A DNA stretch of 64,000 nucleotides, from positions 62,001 through 126,000 of the forward strand of contig JBEWZL010000077.1 in the NCBI GenBank assembly GCA_045837725.1, in the 5' to 3' direction. How positions within the stretch are numbered: position 1 is the stretch's first letter; every line of letters starts with the position of its first letter. Origin of the DNA: Vermamoeba vermiformis (lineage: Eukaryota). The position numbers were made by a program, and so were the translations under genes. The notes under the pieces are model-generated. The model had not been told where the DNA came from and did no database searches. It was given only the letters and a program-made list of their open reading frames with translations. Below are positions 28,391 to 42,462 of this stretch, piece after piece.

Positions 28391-31221
28391 ATGCATATTC
28401 GAGCAGCGCCTTTGGTTATTGTTGCCCTGACGTATCTGTTAGTCGCGGATGCCAGTTCGGCTCCTCCAGGTGCTCAAATCAACTTTCAAGTACGTAATAT
28501 TATGCACAATATTGTGCTTAATAATAACGGTACTTCACCTGTATTAAATGCAAGGAAAGTTCTATCGAATTTTTGTGTAATTAAATTAAAATTCACAACT
28601 GGGCCGAACAGGCTGAAATATGTTGCATATCATTGTATAGTGCTTATTTAATATAATTATTCGCGAAATTCTAATATTTGGACTAGATCCACTCGTGGAA
28701 CGACATTCGAGAGTGGGAAGCTGGCTTTGCGAAGGGAATGCGAATGTTTAAGATGTAAATATGGTCTATATTGCATTCAATTAATTTAATGAAACTGTTT
28801 TGAACAGCGATCCGTTCTTCAAAGACCCAAATTTTTGTAAAAATCAACCTCATGCAAAACCAAATGATCAACGCGGCTGTTTCGTATTGAATCATGATCC
28901 TCCCGTGCCTACTCGTATGTTTGATATATTATACATTCAAGTTGCTAACTCTAATTATAGAAACGTACAACACAACGGACGGTGTTTTAAGCTTCATTAT
29001 GGATCCGAGTCATCAACATTTATTCAAAGTACGTTATTATATTATTATTAACGGCTATGTAACACATGCTATCCAAGGGCGATCCCATCAAAATAGCACT
29101 TTGCTTCAAAGAATCACCGCGGATTGTTTGTGCGGATTCGCCACCACAAGGTGAGGCCGAGCAGCACCAATAATAACTTGCTAATTATCAAATTAGGCAA
29201 ATATTGGAAATCTCTTATCGATGATTTCTTCAACACCGCGAATATACTGATCGAAAAGTTCGAGCTCAATTTAGAGTTTATTCTTGACGGCGGTAAGTTC
29301 CTCTTAAACCTCATTGCGCACTATTTATTAACACTTATTATAGATGCTACTATTGATTATCATCCTTGTTTAATAGTAAGTGCATATCTTATACAATCTC
29401 TGCTTTGATCTGATCTGATCTGTCGTTAGAACAAATGGAGGCCTTGGAATATGACTTGGATCAAGTAAATAGCAATTAATATGATAATGTGCATCGATAT
29501 TAAGCTCATTTTTAGAGGTCCTATTGACGCATTCACCTCCAACAATGTTACATACGGCTACGATCGTTACCAGATCTACAACTCACCAGCGGTACCTGCA
29601 TTAGTTACACTCGAAGCGAGCTTGAACTTTGGTAAGACTAGACACCTACTATATAGTGGCCTAATATAGTCATTGTAGGTAAATTCCCTGGCTCGGCCTA
29701 TCCATTGCAAGTATGGGAGCCGGCAAATCAAGGCACCTTCGAACAAATTTCAAACATCTATTTGCACTGGGCTCACGTATTCAATAATTCACACGATTTT
29801 AGGTACTAAGTATAGTATGACAAACAGGTCAATCAACTAACTTTTGTAGATTCGCGATCAACCTCGATCCGAAAATGTTTGAGTTCTACACGGCACGAGT
29901 GTCAGGCAAAAATGTTCAAGAGCTCATTTACAGCACCGGCGATTACCCGCAAGTGATTGCAGTGCCGAGAGACGGATCCACACCCGAACAATACAACATT
30001 TTTACATTCTTCGCTGCCTCATCACGCTTGTTCTATTCAGCCTCCACGCTCTCTTATTCTGTTTATAGCTTGCCAGTCCTTAGCAAAAATACTGCGATGT
30101 TTTCATTGCCACAAGTCAATTTAGACTTCGCATCGATGCGTGCTTCATGGTCAAAAGGCACGAGCAACAATCTCTCAGTGCTGCTGTCGGACAAGAGCGG
30201 GGCATTTAATGAGGTCATAGTCGACAAGCAGAACCTTCAGCACGCGACACTTGGCAGAAATGGCACTTTGTTCTCATTGGACGGTTTCAACTTTACCCTC
30301 TCTTCCACGAGCTGGCTGCACCGAAACACTTCATCACCGTCAATCATTACACAAGTCTTTCAAACGGCAAATTGCGATACGTATTTGGCGGTGTGGATGT
30401 GGAACGGTAAGATTCAATGTTGGCGCGGAAATCGTTTCTAAGATTATATTTATTCCTTTTCAGGCAATAGAATGGAGCCCACTTCGTTCAAACCTGTCAA
30501 AATATCGTCGAGTTTGTGTGCACAAGAGATCAGCCACTCGTTTTTGACTCAAAAGGATGCGCAGTTGTCGTGCGATGTCGAAGGAATCGTTACAGTGACG
30601 GCGAACAACAACACTTACGGTGGCAATCTGTGCTTCTATCTCGACAATAGGCACACGGTCGTCAAGGCTCTACTTAACGGCCAGCCACTTAGTGACACCA
30701 ATCGGTTCAAGTTTATCGATGTTGGTACTCGTGCTCAGGTCAATCACTTGCTCAGCTCGGGTGGCAAAGTCAACACGTAAGCGATTTTTGTGGTCTTTAC
30801 GTTAATGAATTGGTACTCACCTTATCTTGGCTGTAGGCTGCTAACACACGGCGATGGATATTGCTGGAACACTGAGCCCCGCAACAAAAGACCCACACCA
30901 CTAATGTGCGATCAAGTGCCACAATCCACCGCGAATGTCTTGTCGTACTCATTGGCTTCATTTGAAGAGTGGCGCAGTATTTTTGCTGGCACTCGTGAGG
31001 GGTTGCCATTGACTCCTTGTCGCGTTACTCCGCTGACAGGCACATGGAGCCTTGGCTCATCACAGTCCAGCGCTACCTTTGCGAGAAGTGACGGCACTAT
31101 TGGCTTTGTGTCCGCGTTCAGAGGTCTGCCCACTGCTGTGCCCGATCCCTCTGACGAGTGCGGTCGACCACTGTCGTTGTCAGATGATGGCGGCATTGTT
31201 CTCGGTGTGCTTCACTTTTAA
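28391..31221 (+). CDS. Secreted glycoprotein, possible PLC-like phosphodiesterase N-terminal domain
   Basis: Signal peptide MHIRAAPLVIVALTYLLVADASS; spliced IHSWNDIREWEAGFAKGMRMFKID...FVLNHD resembles the HSHND...G...E.D...V.HD pattern; many NxS/T sites. Confidence 0.5.
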
Positions 31222-31280
31222 AAGCCACGTGTACATTAATTAAGGATTTAAAGATTATTTAGTCTTATATACAATACAAA

Positions 31281-34111
31281 TTACAGGTTTTTCTTACTGC
31301 CCGGGGTGCCGTAAGATTCGTTCATGCTGTTCAAACTGTTCGTCATGCTGCTATTAGCACTGCTGTCCGAATGATCGCTCGATGGACTTGATTCTTTTGC
31401 GTGCGCCGATCTAATTCCACGCGGAGAAGTGGGAGCTGAGGCCGCATTCGAAGCTGCTTCTCGTGGCTCACGTTTCAAGGACAACGCGTACATCTGTTTG
31501 TTATCAAGCGGCTCGTAGTTCTTAATGTAATCTTGTATCTTTTCGACCGACTCGAACCAATAGCGATGTCCTTGGTTGAATTTAATGTTTTGTAGAATTC
31601 CTGCCAAGCTCTGCATCTTGCCAAAGTTGATCAACTCGGTGTTCGGTAACCGATCTGGATACTTTTCGTCCATGAACAAGAAGTCGCTTAGATATCGGCC
31701 AATGTAAGGCAAGCGTGGTGGCTCAGCTTGATTGAGTGCCTCGCGGTAGTTTTTGTAGTTGTTGTCGGACTTGGTTATATGTTTCAACTTTTGGAAATTA
31801 GTCCAGGTCTCTTCTGGCAGGCACTATGCATGCGGTTAAATTAATCCATTTTAGCGAACAAAATATGCGCCTTACGTTCCAAGTATTCTTCATTCTATAA
31901 ACAGCTCGAGACAACAGAGCCGAATGAGTCTCAAACACACCGTTGAAGTTGCCTAGTTTCAAGAAGTACATGCCAATAGTGATGATTCGATTGAAGACCA
32001 AGATTCTTGTGCGTAAATCTTCTGCGCGCAGCACTTCATTCGTCATCATACTCACGAACTAAATAGAGTAAATAAACCATGGTCGGTGAGTGGCAGCATG
32101 AAGGACACTTACATGGTTACTAAAGTGAGTCATTGCAACAACATTCGGTGACAGCTTCTCTTTCTCTTTTTTAGTCCACGACAGACCTATATAGCAGTTT
32201 TAACGCAAATTCCGCAAGGACTCATTTAGAACGTACCTAGTAGCTCTTTGGGAAGTATTCTCATGAAGTACTTTTGCTCTATCAAGGTGACTTGACGTGC
32301 AAACTCTTCAGGGTGAAAATTCAAAATGCTGACGTGCACGAGAGACAACAAGGGCACGACGATTCGCTTAGGGCATTGTTGATTTGATATCGGCTCCGAG
32401 GATTCACCGTCGATCTAGAATATTGTTAATTAATCAGGCACCGGTGCCTTAGCGATGAACGATGGAACCTACCTTCTTTTGCAAAATGTCTTGCAATCTC
32501 TCGGATTCTTTAGGCAATCCGTCAGCACTCATTCGCTCGATGAAGGTGTGCAGCATCTCTAGCATTTCAACGTCTTCTTTGAAATCTTCATCGTAACCCT
32601 TTTCGATCCATCCTTTGAGCAGATTGAACACTCTTTGCAGAGAAGGTTAGATAATGCCAGTCAAGCATTAAAAGGGCGTACTTGAAACGAATGACTAGCA
32701 GCTTCCTCGATTTAAATTCGTCAATGTCCATGCCAGGGGGTGGATATGAGTTCCATCGTAATTCAACTAATTGGAACAGCTCGCGCGGTGATAAGAATTG
32801 TCGGTATGTTAGGAGGAAGGAGTTGATCAAATCAGCAGCTGTCATCAGATGTCAGTACTGCGCGTCGTGGTACTACATGTGCATAATTGAGTACGTACAA
32901 GGATAGCTCTCAAGTGTCAATTTTTGCATTAATTTCTCGAGCGTGCAGGCAGCTATAATTTGCTTCTCGTTCACATCAGTCATCTGTACATTGGTAGCAT
33001 CGTCGGGTTCTTCAAATTTCCTCACACGAGGATCTCCAACGTCAGTCCACTAATAAGTAAGTTAGGTTAATGCACGAAGAAATCAACCTTTGCCACGTAC
33101 CCGCAGAGGTGGAGGTGCTCCAGGTCTCTGAACTTTCGGTGAGTCAGGTCGCGAAGGCGATCGATCTTTGCTAGGTGTTGTGATCAAAGGCTTTTTAATC
33201 GGCTTGACGACTTGCGGCGCTTCAGAGATCCGCCTCTCCTTCTCCGCCGAGGACTAGTCAGAGTTAGATTGTGCATTCCTAGGACAAACTTGCCTTTTTC
33301 TTAAATGGCGATACTATCTTTGTGTCCATGGACTTTGACTTGCTTCTATCACGGTTCTCGGGCGTAGTAGGAGTAGAAGGGGCGGTTGATCCAACAGTTG
33401 CACGTTTTACGTGAACAAAATCATCGCTCTTCCTTAGCCCCTTCTCATCTAAATCTAAGGCCTTCAGAGCTCTCTTCGTTAATGTAATAGACCTTTTTGT
33501 TAAAATTAGACATTGCACGGCAATTTTAATAACACTTACTTGGTACGAAGCTTGCGAAAAAAATTCTTTCCTCCATCCTCCTGCAATCATAATAATATTT
33601 AGCACATTATAATATTTTTGTTTTCGATATTTGTAATTTTGAGAGCCATCCGAAATTTTACCTGATCATCCGCTTCTGGAGGTTCAGTCGAGAGTTCTTG
33701 CCAATAGTTTCTCGGTGATAAATCTCCTTCTATAATTACATTTTCTAAACTCGCGTGTCGCTCTCCGTCTGCTGTCTTTTTGAAAACAAGCTCGGGAGAA
33801 TACACTTCCAACGATATTGGATTTCCAGAGTGATCTGACGGACGAAAAATTAAAAAAAAAACGAATTAATATTAAATATGAGCAGCAGGCATACCTTCAG
33901 TAATACGAGGCGATAAAATAGTTTTCACGGGGGTGTCGGTTGCTCCGGATGTACGAGGAGAGTAAGCCAGCAAATTAGGCATCGACTCGCTAAATACAAA
34001 TAAGTTTTCTTTCATCTTCTTTGGAGGAGGAAGAGGCTTCGGCTTTCCTTCGCGCTTGGTTTCCGACCCTTCATTATTTTTTGTACCATTATTGGATTCG
34101 TTCTCTTCCAT
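31281..34111 (-). CDS. Ras guanine nucleotide exchange factor (REM + CDC25 domains)
   Basis: FLLTYRQFLSPRELF (REM); HPEEFARQVTLIE; LGNFNGVFE; NYKNYREAL...PPRLPYIGRYLSD...INFGK. Confidence 0.93.
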
Positions 34112-34339
34112 TCCTCTTATAATTTCTACGTATTCTATATGTACACGAAAAGCATGTTCTGTTGTTGTGATTAGGTTTGTACGGTCTGGTACAAATTTCG
34201 GTCTTCGCCTTCAAAAAATAAATTTTTGCCAATAATCGGAAATTTCTCCTTGATGGACATTATATATATTCTAAATGCACGAGGTTCCGCTTGATTGGTT
34301 TGCACTCGATGTAAGGAAGAAAAATAAATAACTGCCGGT

Positions 34340-35639
34340 TTATTTATAAGAAGGATTTACACCAGCAGTGGGCGCGCCAGAGACGACGTAAGTCTGAGTT
34401 ACAGACTGCGAGGGAGTGACGGTGGTGGGATAGACAGTCGTTGTCACTGCTGTGGTTGGAGGTGGTAATACCGTGGTAGGAGGCACAGCCACAGTCGGTG
34501 CTGCCGAATAGGGCCTCTCAGGGAACGGCAAGTTCCAGGGGATGGGCAAAGGTGCAGCAGTAAAGCGATTGTACGAAGCTCTCCCTAAAGCAAAGCAGAT
34601 CAGCGACCTGATTTTGTCTGTGAAGCGTGAGTTACTTACAAGCATGATCGAGAACGTTGTAGACGTCGCGTGAACCGTCACCAAAGCCGTAGAATCGATG
34701 CATTGTGTGGTCATTAGTATATACCATCAAGCCACGTGTTGAAGTCGTGGCAAGAGGAGAAGCAATGAAGGTCTTGTACTCCTTCTTGCCGGTAACATTG
34801 GCAGGCAAGATGGAAACAATGTTTCTCAAGGGAATCATAAACTATGAAGGGTTCAATTAGTACGGTTTGTTTAGAATGTGAACTGCAATCGAAATATGTA
34901 CTTACAGACAAGCGCTCTTTCTTGTGCTCGGAAGAAAAGCACAAGTAATTGTCGCTAATGAACAAAATACCATCGCGAGCGAACATTGCGGGACCAGTGA
35001 GGCATCGGCAATAGAAGGCTGTAAATAGCGTTAGTTTTGCTCGTCTCTGATAAATTTGTGTCGCCAAGACTTACCATCCCATAATCGCTCCTCCCATGGC
35101 AAACGGAACAGGCGTCTGTAGTCACTGTCGAAGCTCTCGTGAGACACGTTCGTGTAACCTTTTTGCACTTCGCTGGAAAAGTCACCAACACCTTTTTCGA
35201 CGGCTACTGCCGCTCCTTTAATAGCCGTACCCATCTTCTTGAAGAAGCCACCACCGGTTTCTAAATGAAAGTCAATCTAATAGTTCTGATGATTGCAGGA
35301 AGTGACGACTTACGCTTGTGGTAGTGTTTCTCAGACTCATAGCGCTGTTCTTTCTCGAGGATACGAGCACGACGCTGTTGCTCTTTAAGCATCGTGCGCT
35401 CTTTTGGAAGAGGCTCCATCACTGGCGTGAGGGCAGGAGGAGCAACATCGTATCTGAAGAAGCCAGGTCAGACAAATAACTCAAAAAAAATTACATTGCA
35501 ATCTTTGGTAAATCAAATTTCGAATTTTGTTTGCTAAGATAAGTACTTACGTGGCTGGCTGGTATTGGATCGCCATAATACCGGCAGGAAAGGGGGCAAT
35601 CGGAATTGCCACGGGGGTAGTAGTACTGACTGTTTGCAT
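34340..35639 (-). CDS. GRAM-domain protein with Pro/Thr-rich termini
   Basis: YRRLFRLPWEERLW|AFYCRC...GILFISDNYLCFSS...IPLRNIVSI, the GRAM signature. Confidence 0.8.
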
Positions 35640-36042
35640 GTTGTTTTGTTTGATTGATTTAGTAAATGGTTCTCGTGGGAACCTTTTTATTGCTATTTTT
35701 GTGATACTTTGCGTAAATCTGTAGGACCTTTCACTCAAAAACATCCAAATTTTGGTTAAAATATCTGTTGGTTGAACTCTGAATTTATATGGTGATTGTT
35801 TGATAGCACAAAAGGAATTATTTGGAAATGTTTTGATCAAATCTCTCACCAAATCTGTTCGGAATTCCACTACCTGCCTCTTATTTGAAATCAAGAATGC
35901 CTCATGCTCGCCTTGCAAATTAAAATCAAAAAGAGATTTAAATCTCCGTGGTTCACGGCTTGGGACCAAAACGACAATAAAATTTTCATTCTTTTCGTTC
36001 TCTCCCTACCCCACCACCACACCTCAACACTAGATAATAAAC

Positions 36043-36794
36043 ATGAGCCTCGCTAGACATAACTTCTCCGCTAAGGCTGAAGCCGCACTCAACTCCCACA
36101 TCAATGTGGAATTTAACGCGTCCTACATCTATGCTTCTCTTGGTACGTTAGGATCAAATCTTTTTTCCTCCAAAGGACCCCAAAAATATCTTTCACTACA
36201 TATATTACTATGGAACCAACGAAGGCTCCTAACGAAAATTTCCAGCCGCGTACTTCAAGCGAGATGGCATTGCTCTTCACGGCTTTGCCAAATACATGAG
36301 CAAGCAATCTGACGAAGAAAGAGAACATGCTCACAAGTTTGTTGATTATGTTAACAGAAGAGGTGGTCGTGTTGTTTTGGAACAAATTGCTAAGCCTATT
36401 TCTGAGATCGAATCTCCCTTGAAGGCTTTGGAAGCCGTCCTCGCCCTTGAGAAGGATGTTACCACTAAGATCGAGCAACTCTACGAGGTAAGTAAACTTC
36501 GGGAATTTAAGCGTACGGAGCCGCGGTGATTTTCTCCGTAAACTTGATCGGTGTACGATCTCACGCGACCGAAGCTCCGGTTAGCGTCTTAATTATTGTA
36601 CAACAACCCAAATACTAATTTCAATCCAGCTTTCCGAAGAAGAGAAGGACGTCGATCTCCAGTTCTTTTTGGAAGAGTTCATTAACGAGCAAAAGACCTC
36701 TTTGAGAGAAATCTCCGACATGATTACCAGATTGAAGAGAGCTGGTGAGACTGGCCTTGGTTTGTATTTGTTCGATAAGGATCTTAGCTCTTAA
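36043..36794 (+). CDS. Ferritin
   Basis: ARHNFSAKAEAALNSHINVEFNASYIY; SDEEREHAHKFVDYVNRRGGRV; GLGLYLFDKDL; three exons. Confidence 0.95.
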
Positions 36795-36983
36795 ATTTCT
36801 TTTTTTGTTGTTTCCACTATTCGTGTAAGTCGAAAGTTTAATAATAAATTCGATGCGAATAATGCCAAATATCGTACCATTTATTGGGCAGATTTTTTTG
36901 TACTATTACTAAGATAATGCTACAAAAGAAATATTTGTTTTTTTTTCTCTGATCCAATATTAATTCGGCACCAACGCCTTTGC

Positions 36984-39900
36984 TTAATGAGCAGCAATAT
37001 GAACAGCGTTGTTAATTTGAGTAGTCTTGCAAGCCAGCGATTCATAAATCAGCTTGGTGAAGATCACCTTGGCTTCCTCTTCGTTTGCATCCAAGCTGAA
37101 GGCTTCGCGCAAGTACTCAATGTCTTCGCCAGAACGAAGTTCAGGAATACCGGTAGACAACATCTAATGAATGACAACCATTAGTTAGCAACTAGGAATG
37201 TTAAATAATCGTCACGTTAACTCACCATAGCAAACAAGTTGATAAAGATCGAGGCGTTCTTACGCAGAATGTTGTAAGCAGTGCAGCACAAGTTGACGTA
37301 GGTCATAAAGTCAGGCGAGTCTTTACCACCCATCACGTAGGCAAAGTCAGGAGTGAACACGAAAGGTGCACGTTCTCTCTTGATACCGAACTTCTTCTTG
37401 TAGTTGCCCAAGAAGTGACCGAAGTCGATGTGAAACAAACGACCGTCTTTGGTGACCATAATGTTGTCGTTGTGTCTGTCACCAATACCGAGCACGTATG
37501 TTGCGACGGAATAACCGGCACAAGATTTAATAAAGCGCTGAAGTGCTTCACGGTGATCGGGTTTGGATGCGTTGTTCGTCTGCAACCACTTGGCGAGAGG
37601 AGTTTCTTTGAAGGCAGCAGTGACACCTCCGTCGGCCTTGGTAATAGCGGCAGTAGTCTGAGCGTTGAGCACAACCTCAATCATGCCGACATCACAGCCA
37701 GTAGCCAAACATCCGTAAGGACTCATTTGTAAGTCGTAACCTTCGCGCTTCCACAACTTGTCCATAATACGGATCATTTGAAGAGTTAACATGTCTTGAC
37801 GCAAGTCATCTCCGGATTTGAAAATGACGTACGGATCAGCTCCCTTGGTGTCGGCATTCTTGAACACCAACCAGAGCGGCAACTTCTTCGAGTCCATATA
37901 CTTGCATTTGTCCACATTAAGACCATTAACCTCCAATCTGGGGTTCAAGGGCAATGCAAGCTTAGTAGGGAAGTTAGCGTTGAGCTTGGTAAGTTCCGTG
38001 CGTAATACGGCAAGACGTTCGCTGTCCTTGTAGTTCTTGATCATGTTGGCGGTGTGGATGAACTTCTTCTGCATCTCATCTTGAGTTTTGAGCTCTTGCA
38101 AATGCGAACCACAGCCACGCAAGTAAGCTTCCATCAACAGGCCGTAGCGCTCGCTAATTTCTCCGACGTGAATTTCAGACTTGAGCAACCAGAAGAACAA
38201 GTGACCGAGGTGACGGTGACGCAAAGCGTGTTGCAATAAGAAGCGTGCCAATGCACTGTCGTGGTACGGTTCGTACTTTAGGACTTGGACCAACTCGAGC
38301 AAGTAATCAGAAATTTCTTCGTTGGTTAACTCTTCAAGGCGCGCCACAGCATACTCTCGAATGCGTTTGTCAGGGAACTTGCTATCCAATAGCTCAAGAG
38401 CATCAAGCGGCGCCATTGGAGCCCATGCGTCCAATAAACGGTAGGACTCTTGCACCGCATTACGATCAGTTTTTGGGACAGACGCCAAGAATTTGGGCAA
38501 ACACTGCAAAAGGAAGTCGAATATTAGTGATGTGATTCAAGGCTTGCACGTGGCACTTACCCTTGGCCAAACTTTGCATTGTTCTCTGTACTTCCAAATC
38601 AATTGTTTATCAGCTGGAGTCATCGGATAGAGTGGATCAGCGTTAGCGATGAACTTTAAGCGCTGCGACTCTTGAGGAGTGATGGCTGAGGGCGCAGGGT
38701 AAGTCTCCACTTGCAATCGCTCGGTAGGGAAAACCACAGTAGAGGCGAAGCGATCGAATTGCACGAACAAAACGGGTGAAGTAGTTTCAGGAGACTGCAC
38801 GCATGTACCGATGGGGTTAGCTTTGTCATCAGGCCACATGTTGAGGCTGACGGGGCCAGTGCGCAACTCGTGCTTGTAGTCGAACAAGTGGCAATTCACC
38901 CAGGCAAGAGGTTGATCTTTCTCAGAGATGACTCCCTCCTTTCTACCAGCCCACAAGGTGAAGCAAATGCGGGTGGAGCGAGGCAAGTCACGCACCTTGA
39001 TGTTCGTCTTGACCCATTCGTACCAACGAGGATTAGGGCAGCAGAAGGCAGTGCCAGTTGCGTGCAGGGTGTCCAACAGCTCGCCACCATGGTACAAGCC
39101 AGCGGTAACGTACAAATACAAGTTGGCTTCATCGCATGAGACTTGCTTTCCAGCAGCAGCAATGAAATTAGCGCTGTGAGGATTGAGGTTCTCCACACCC
39201 AGAATGCGGAATCTGAACGTCTTCATAATGTCCCACGAAGAGAGAACGGAAGGGTTCTCGACGCCACGTTCGATCGTGATCTCTTTGTGGTCGTAGCGGA
39301 TCTCAGGATCAGAAATCAAGAAGGACTCTTCTTCGTTGTCCACTGCGTGTTCAAGCTCGGACTTTGAAGCTTGTGCACCGTCTGCGCCGCCTGAGGGAGC
39401 CTCAACAATGGAGAGATCAGGCTTCTTGCCCTTCTTGATGCACTCTCGAATGTAAGTGAAGTCGGTCACTTTGTACGGTCCGGCAATGTACTCAGCCAAG
39501 CCAGTGGCCTTCATAACAAAGTCCTTGTAGGTCTTGCCAGGGATCACCTTTGCAAGCTTCTTCTGGAAGATTTCTTCTAGGACAGAGTCGGCAGTGGCAT
39601 CCTCTAATTAAGGCGTTAAACACATGGATTCGAAGCTGAACCTGTACGAGGGCCTCGTTTACTTACCGTCCGCAGCGATGGTTTTCTTCATGGACAATTC
39701 ATCCAAACGCAACTCAAGGAAAACCTTTCCAGTGGGGTTTTTGAATGGTGCCTACAGAAGTTAGAAGTCTAATCGATTAAAGAGATTACAATCGCGTACA
39801 TCAGACAAGTGCACTTGAACAGCAGGTCGCTCGGTGTTGAAGCCCTTCTTGGCAATATCTTCTTGCAACTTTTGACGCTCGAAGTAGCGGACACGCGTCA

Positions 39901-41425
39901 TCGATTGACGGAACGAAGTGATCTCGTCGTCCTGTTGAGTCCAACACAAAGGACGGCCAATCAATGCACCGATTTCCATGTTGAGTGTCTTAATCTTTCT
40001 TGCTAACGAAGAGGTTCTTTCCAACAAAATGAATTGTGGCTTGCCGTTCTTTTTAACACAGTTTTGTACGTAAGGCAACGACTTGATTGGTACGTTCTCG
40101 TTGGTCAAGAAACCAGCACCAGGCATCTTCAACAAGTACTTGTCCATGCCCAACTCCAAGCCCAGTTGAGTACTAAGAAGCAAGTTAGTTCCGGTGATTA
40201 GCTATCTGTGTGCTCTACTAACCGAGCTTGTTTGCCGATAATGTCCTTAATTGTCGAAATGTATTGTGTGCCTGGAGTGGAGACTTCAATAGTCTGACCT
40301 GAAGTCAGCATAAATTCAATGCTGATCTCGCTTTCTTGTGGCTTGAACGCGTCTTGAAGATCATAAACATCAAACACACTGGTTCTGTTGCGCGGCAAGT
40401 GCTCAGGTTTCAAGTGGCGTTGACTTGAGCTCGCTGCACGAAGGGTTCTTGTAGGGGCCTTCAAGCTGGGTCCATTGCCATTAGCCTGAGGAGCATTGAG
40501 AGGCTGCAGAGTGGGCGACGATATTTGCGAGGTCACGGGTGAAGGGTCCTCAGAACCAGAAGTAGCACCGTTTGTAGACAGCTAAAAAGGATTGAAGTTA
40601 AAAACCATAAAGCAATATCATTAATATGGATATGGGGATATAGACCTCGTCAGATGTGGCAGAGTCGATGCTAGCGTCACTAATACGAGGTGAACGATCA
40701 ACTTCGCTGAGAATGCTCACGCCTTCTTCGCGATCAATAATTGAGATTCTCAAGCGAGGCTTTTCGAGCGCTGACAAGCTTGGTATGCCGTTAGGTTGAC
40801 CTGCTCGTGGAATCAACGAAGGAGCTCCATTCGTGTGATAGTCATTCACGGTGATACTCGGCATACCACCCACTTGTGGATTGGGCAAAAGTGACGCACC
40901 AATTCGAGGCTCAGCTACTGAAATAACAGGCTGTTCGTTTACAACGAATCCATTTGGTGGGTTAGCATTAACAGCGCTGTTAGGATTGTCAAACTGAAAA
41001 TCCAGAATGTTCAGTTCATCATCTGCAACGTTTTGACGTGCTGAGATGGGGGCCGATGAAGGGGCAGAACTTGGAGAACTGTCATCGCTTTGGACTGATT
41101 TGTGGCTCGTGGGAGGACTGCTAACACTTTCAGCTGAAAGTGGTGATTGCGTGCCTGATGTGGGAAGATTTGGGTTTGAATTTTGTCTGGGAGGCTGATG
41201 CACGAACGGTTGGGGATTGTGCATCACAGAGTTGATATTAACAACGGCAACTGACTGCGCCGGACGACGAGCTGGACCAGGAGAGGGATCCTTCTTGTCT
41301 GATTTATCCTTCTTATCGCTTTTATCTTTATCTTTGCCAACGAGCTTTTTTACTAAGCCCATGACTTTATTTTTCTTTTTCTTCTCGTCGGGGGAAGCCA
41401 GCCCGACATTTTGTGGATTTGACAT
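36984..41425 (-). CDS. Class I phosphatidylinositol 3-kinase (RBD, C2, helical, kinase)
   Basis: CKYMDSKKLPLWL; IFKSGDDLRQDMLTLQ; LGIGDRHNDN; HIDFGHFLGN; RERAPF; C2 and helical domains upstream. Confidence 0.97.
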
Positions 41426-41728
41426 TTTATTTTCACCTCGTCAAACAGCAAAAATAATTATTAAACCCACGCTGAAAAAATAATAGCGACAGTTGTTGAT
41501 ATCGACTAAATAAATAACGGTAAATAAGAAAGATTCAGGAAACCACCAATTCAATTTTTTGCATGTCAGAAGCGACTGACAGCTCTCAACTCAACGACTT
41601 AGCGCATGACCCCTTTTTGTTTTCAGCCTCCGCACTTCGTTAAGTCAAAGTCACATCACAATCGCAGTGATGTAGTTGATAATCGCAAAAGATTAGCGGC
41701 CCGCGTTTAGCCTTCCGAAGTGTTTCAT

Positions 41729-42251
41729 ATGCTAGATAATGAAGATTACCTCTGTTTTTGGTGATTTTGGCGTATTTGGCGTAGTAGGAGGAGCCATTGC
41801 TGAGCTGGTCACATTAGAAGAGCTGTTTCCTGTGGAATCAAGGTAAGTAAATAAATAATATTTCAATTAGGTCCTAAAATATTGTTAGCATTATTTTTAT
41901 TGTAAATATATTATTGGCTGTGCAATTAAAGGTCGGAGATCGAAAACATAATTTAGATTGAATAAAAGTTATTTTAGATTTGAAATTGCTGAGTGAGCTG
42001 TGCACTAAAACATTCATCGTTGAAGTACCTTTGGATAAAAACGAAGGTCGTCTGACGTTGTTTTCGGAGAGAAGTCCACGTTCAACCGCAGTTGGCGAGG
42101 CGGCTGGTTGAGGGCTTGTACCAATAGGGCTTGTAATGGAGTGTACATGCTCTAATCGCGCACTACTAAGTGACAGTGTGTGTCGTTTCCACTGGTGCGC
42201 AACTTTCGGGCTTCCAGCAGCCTTCGCGTTCGCCGGGTTCCGATCTCCCAT
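41729..42251 (-). CDS. Ser/Pro-rich hypothetical exons (possibly a separate small gene or alternative 5' exons of the PI3K)
   Basis: MGDRNPANAK... exon with GT donor at ~42028 and a further exon ~41750-41828. The 3' end was not resolved. Confidence 0.35.
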
Positions 42252-42462
42252 CTTCCGTGTGTTTATCAACTATCCGATAGAAAACCCAGAGAGCTTGGTC
42301 AAGACTAAATGAGGGAATTTATAAATAATAAAAATTGTACTGAAGGCGAGGACGGGTGGTTTGGACGCGAAAACTTTGCCTTTTTTTTCCTTCAGGCTGA
42401 CAAAATTTTATTTTGCAATTTAATAATCCCCAGTGCACCACTCATTTTAAAACTACCGTACA

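Noticed and set aside
37333-39367. Multiple alternative-frame and antisense ORFs within the PI3K gene
   Set aside because: Shadow ORFs from codon bias in long exons.
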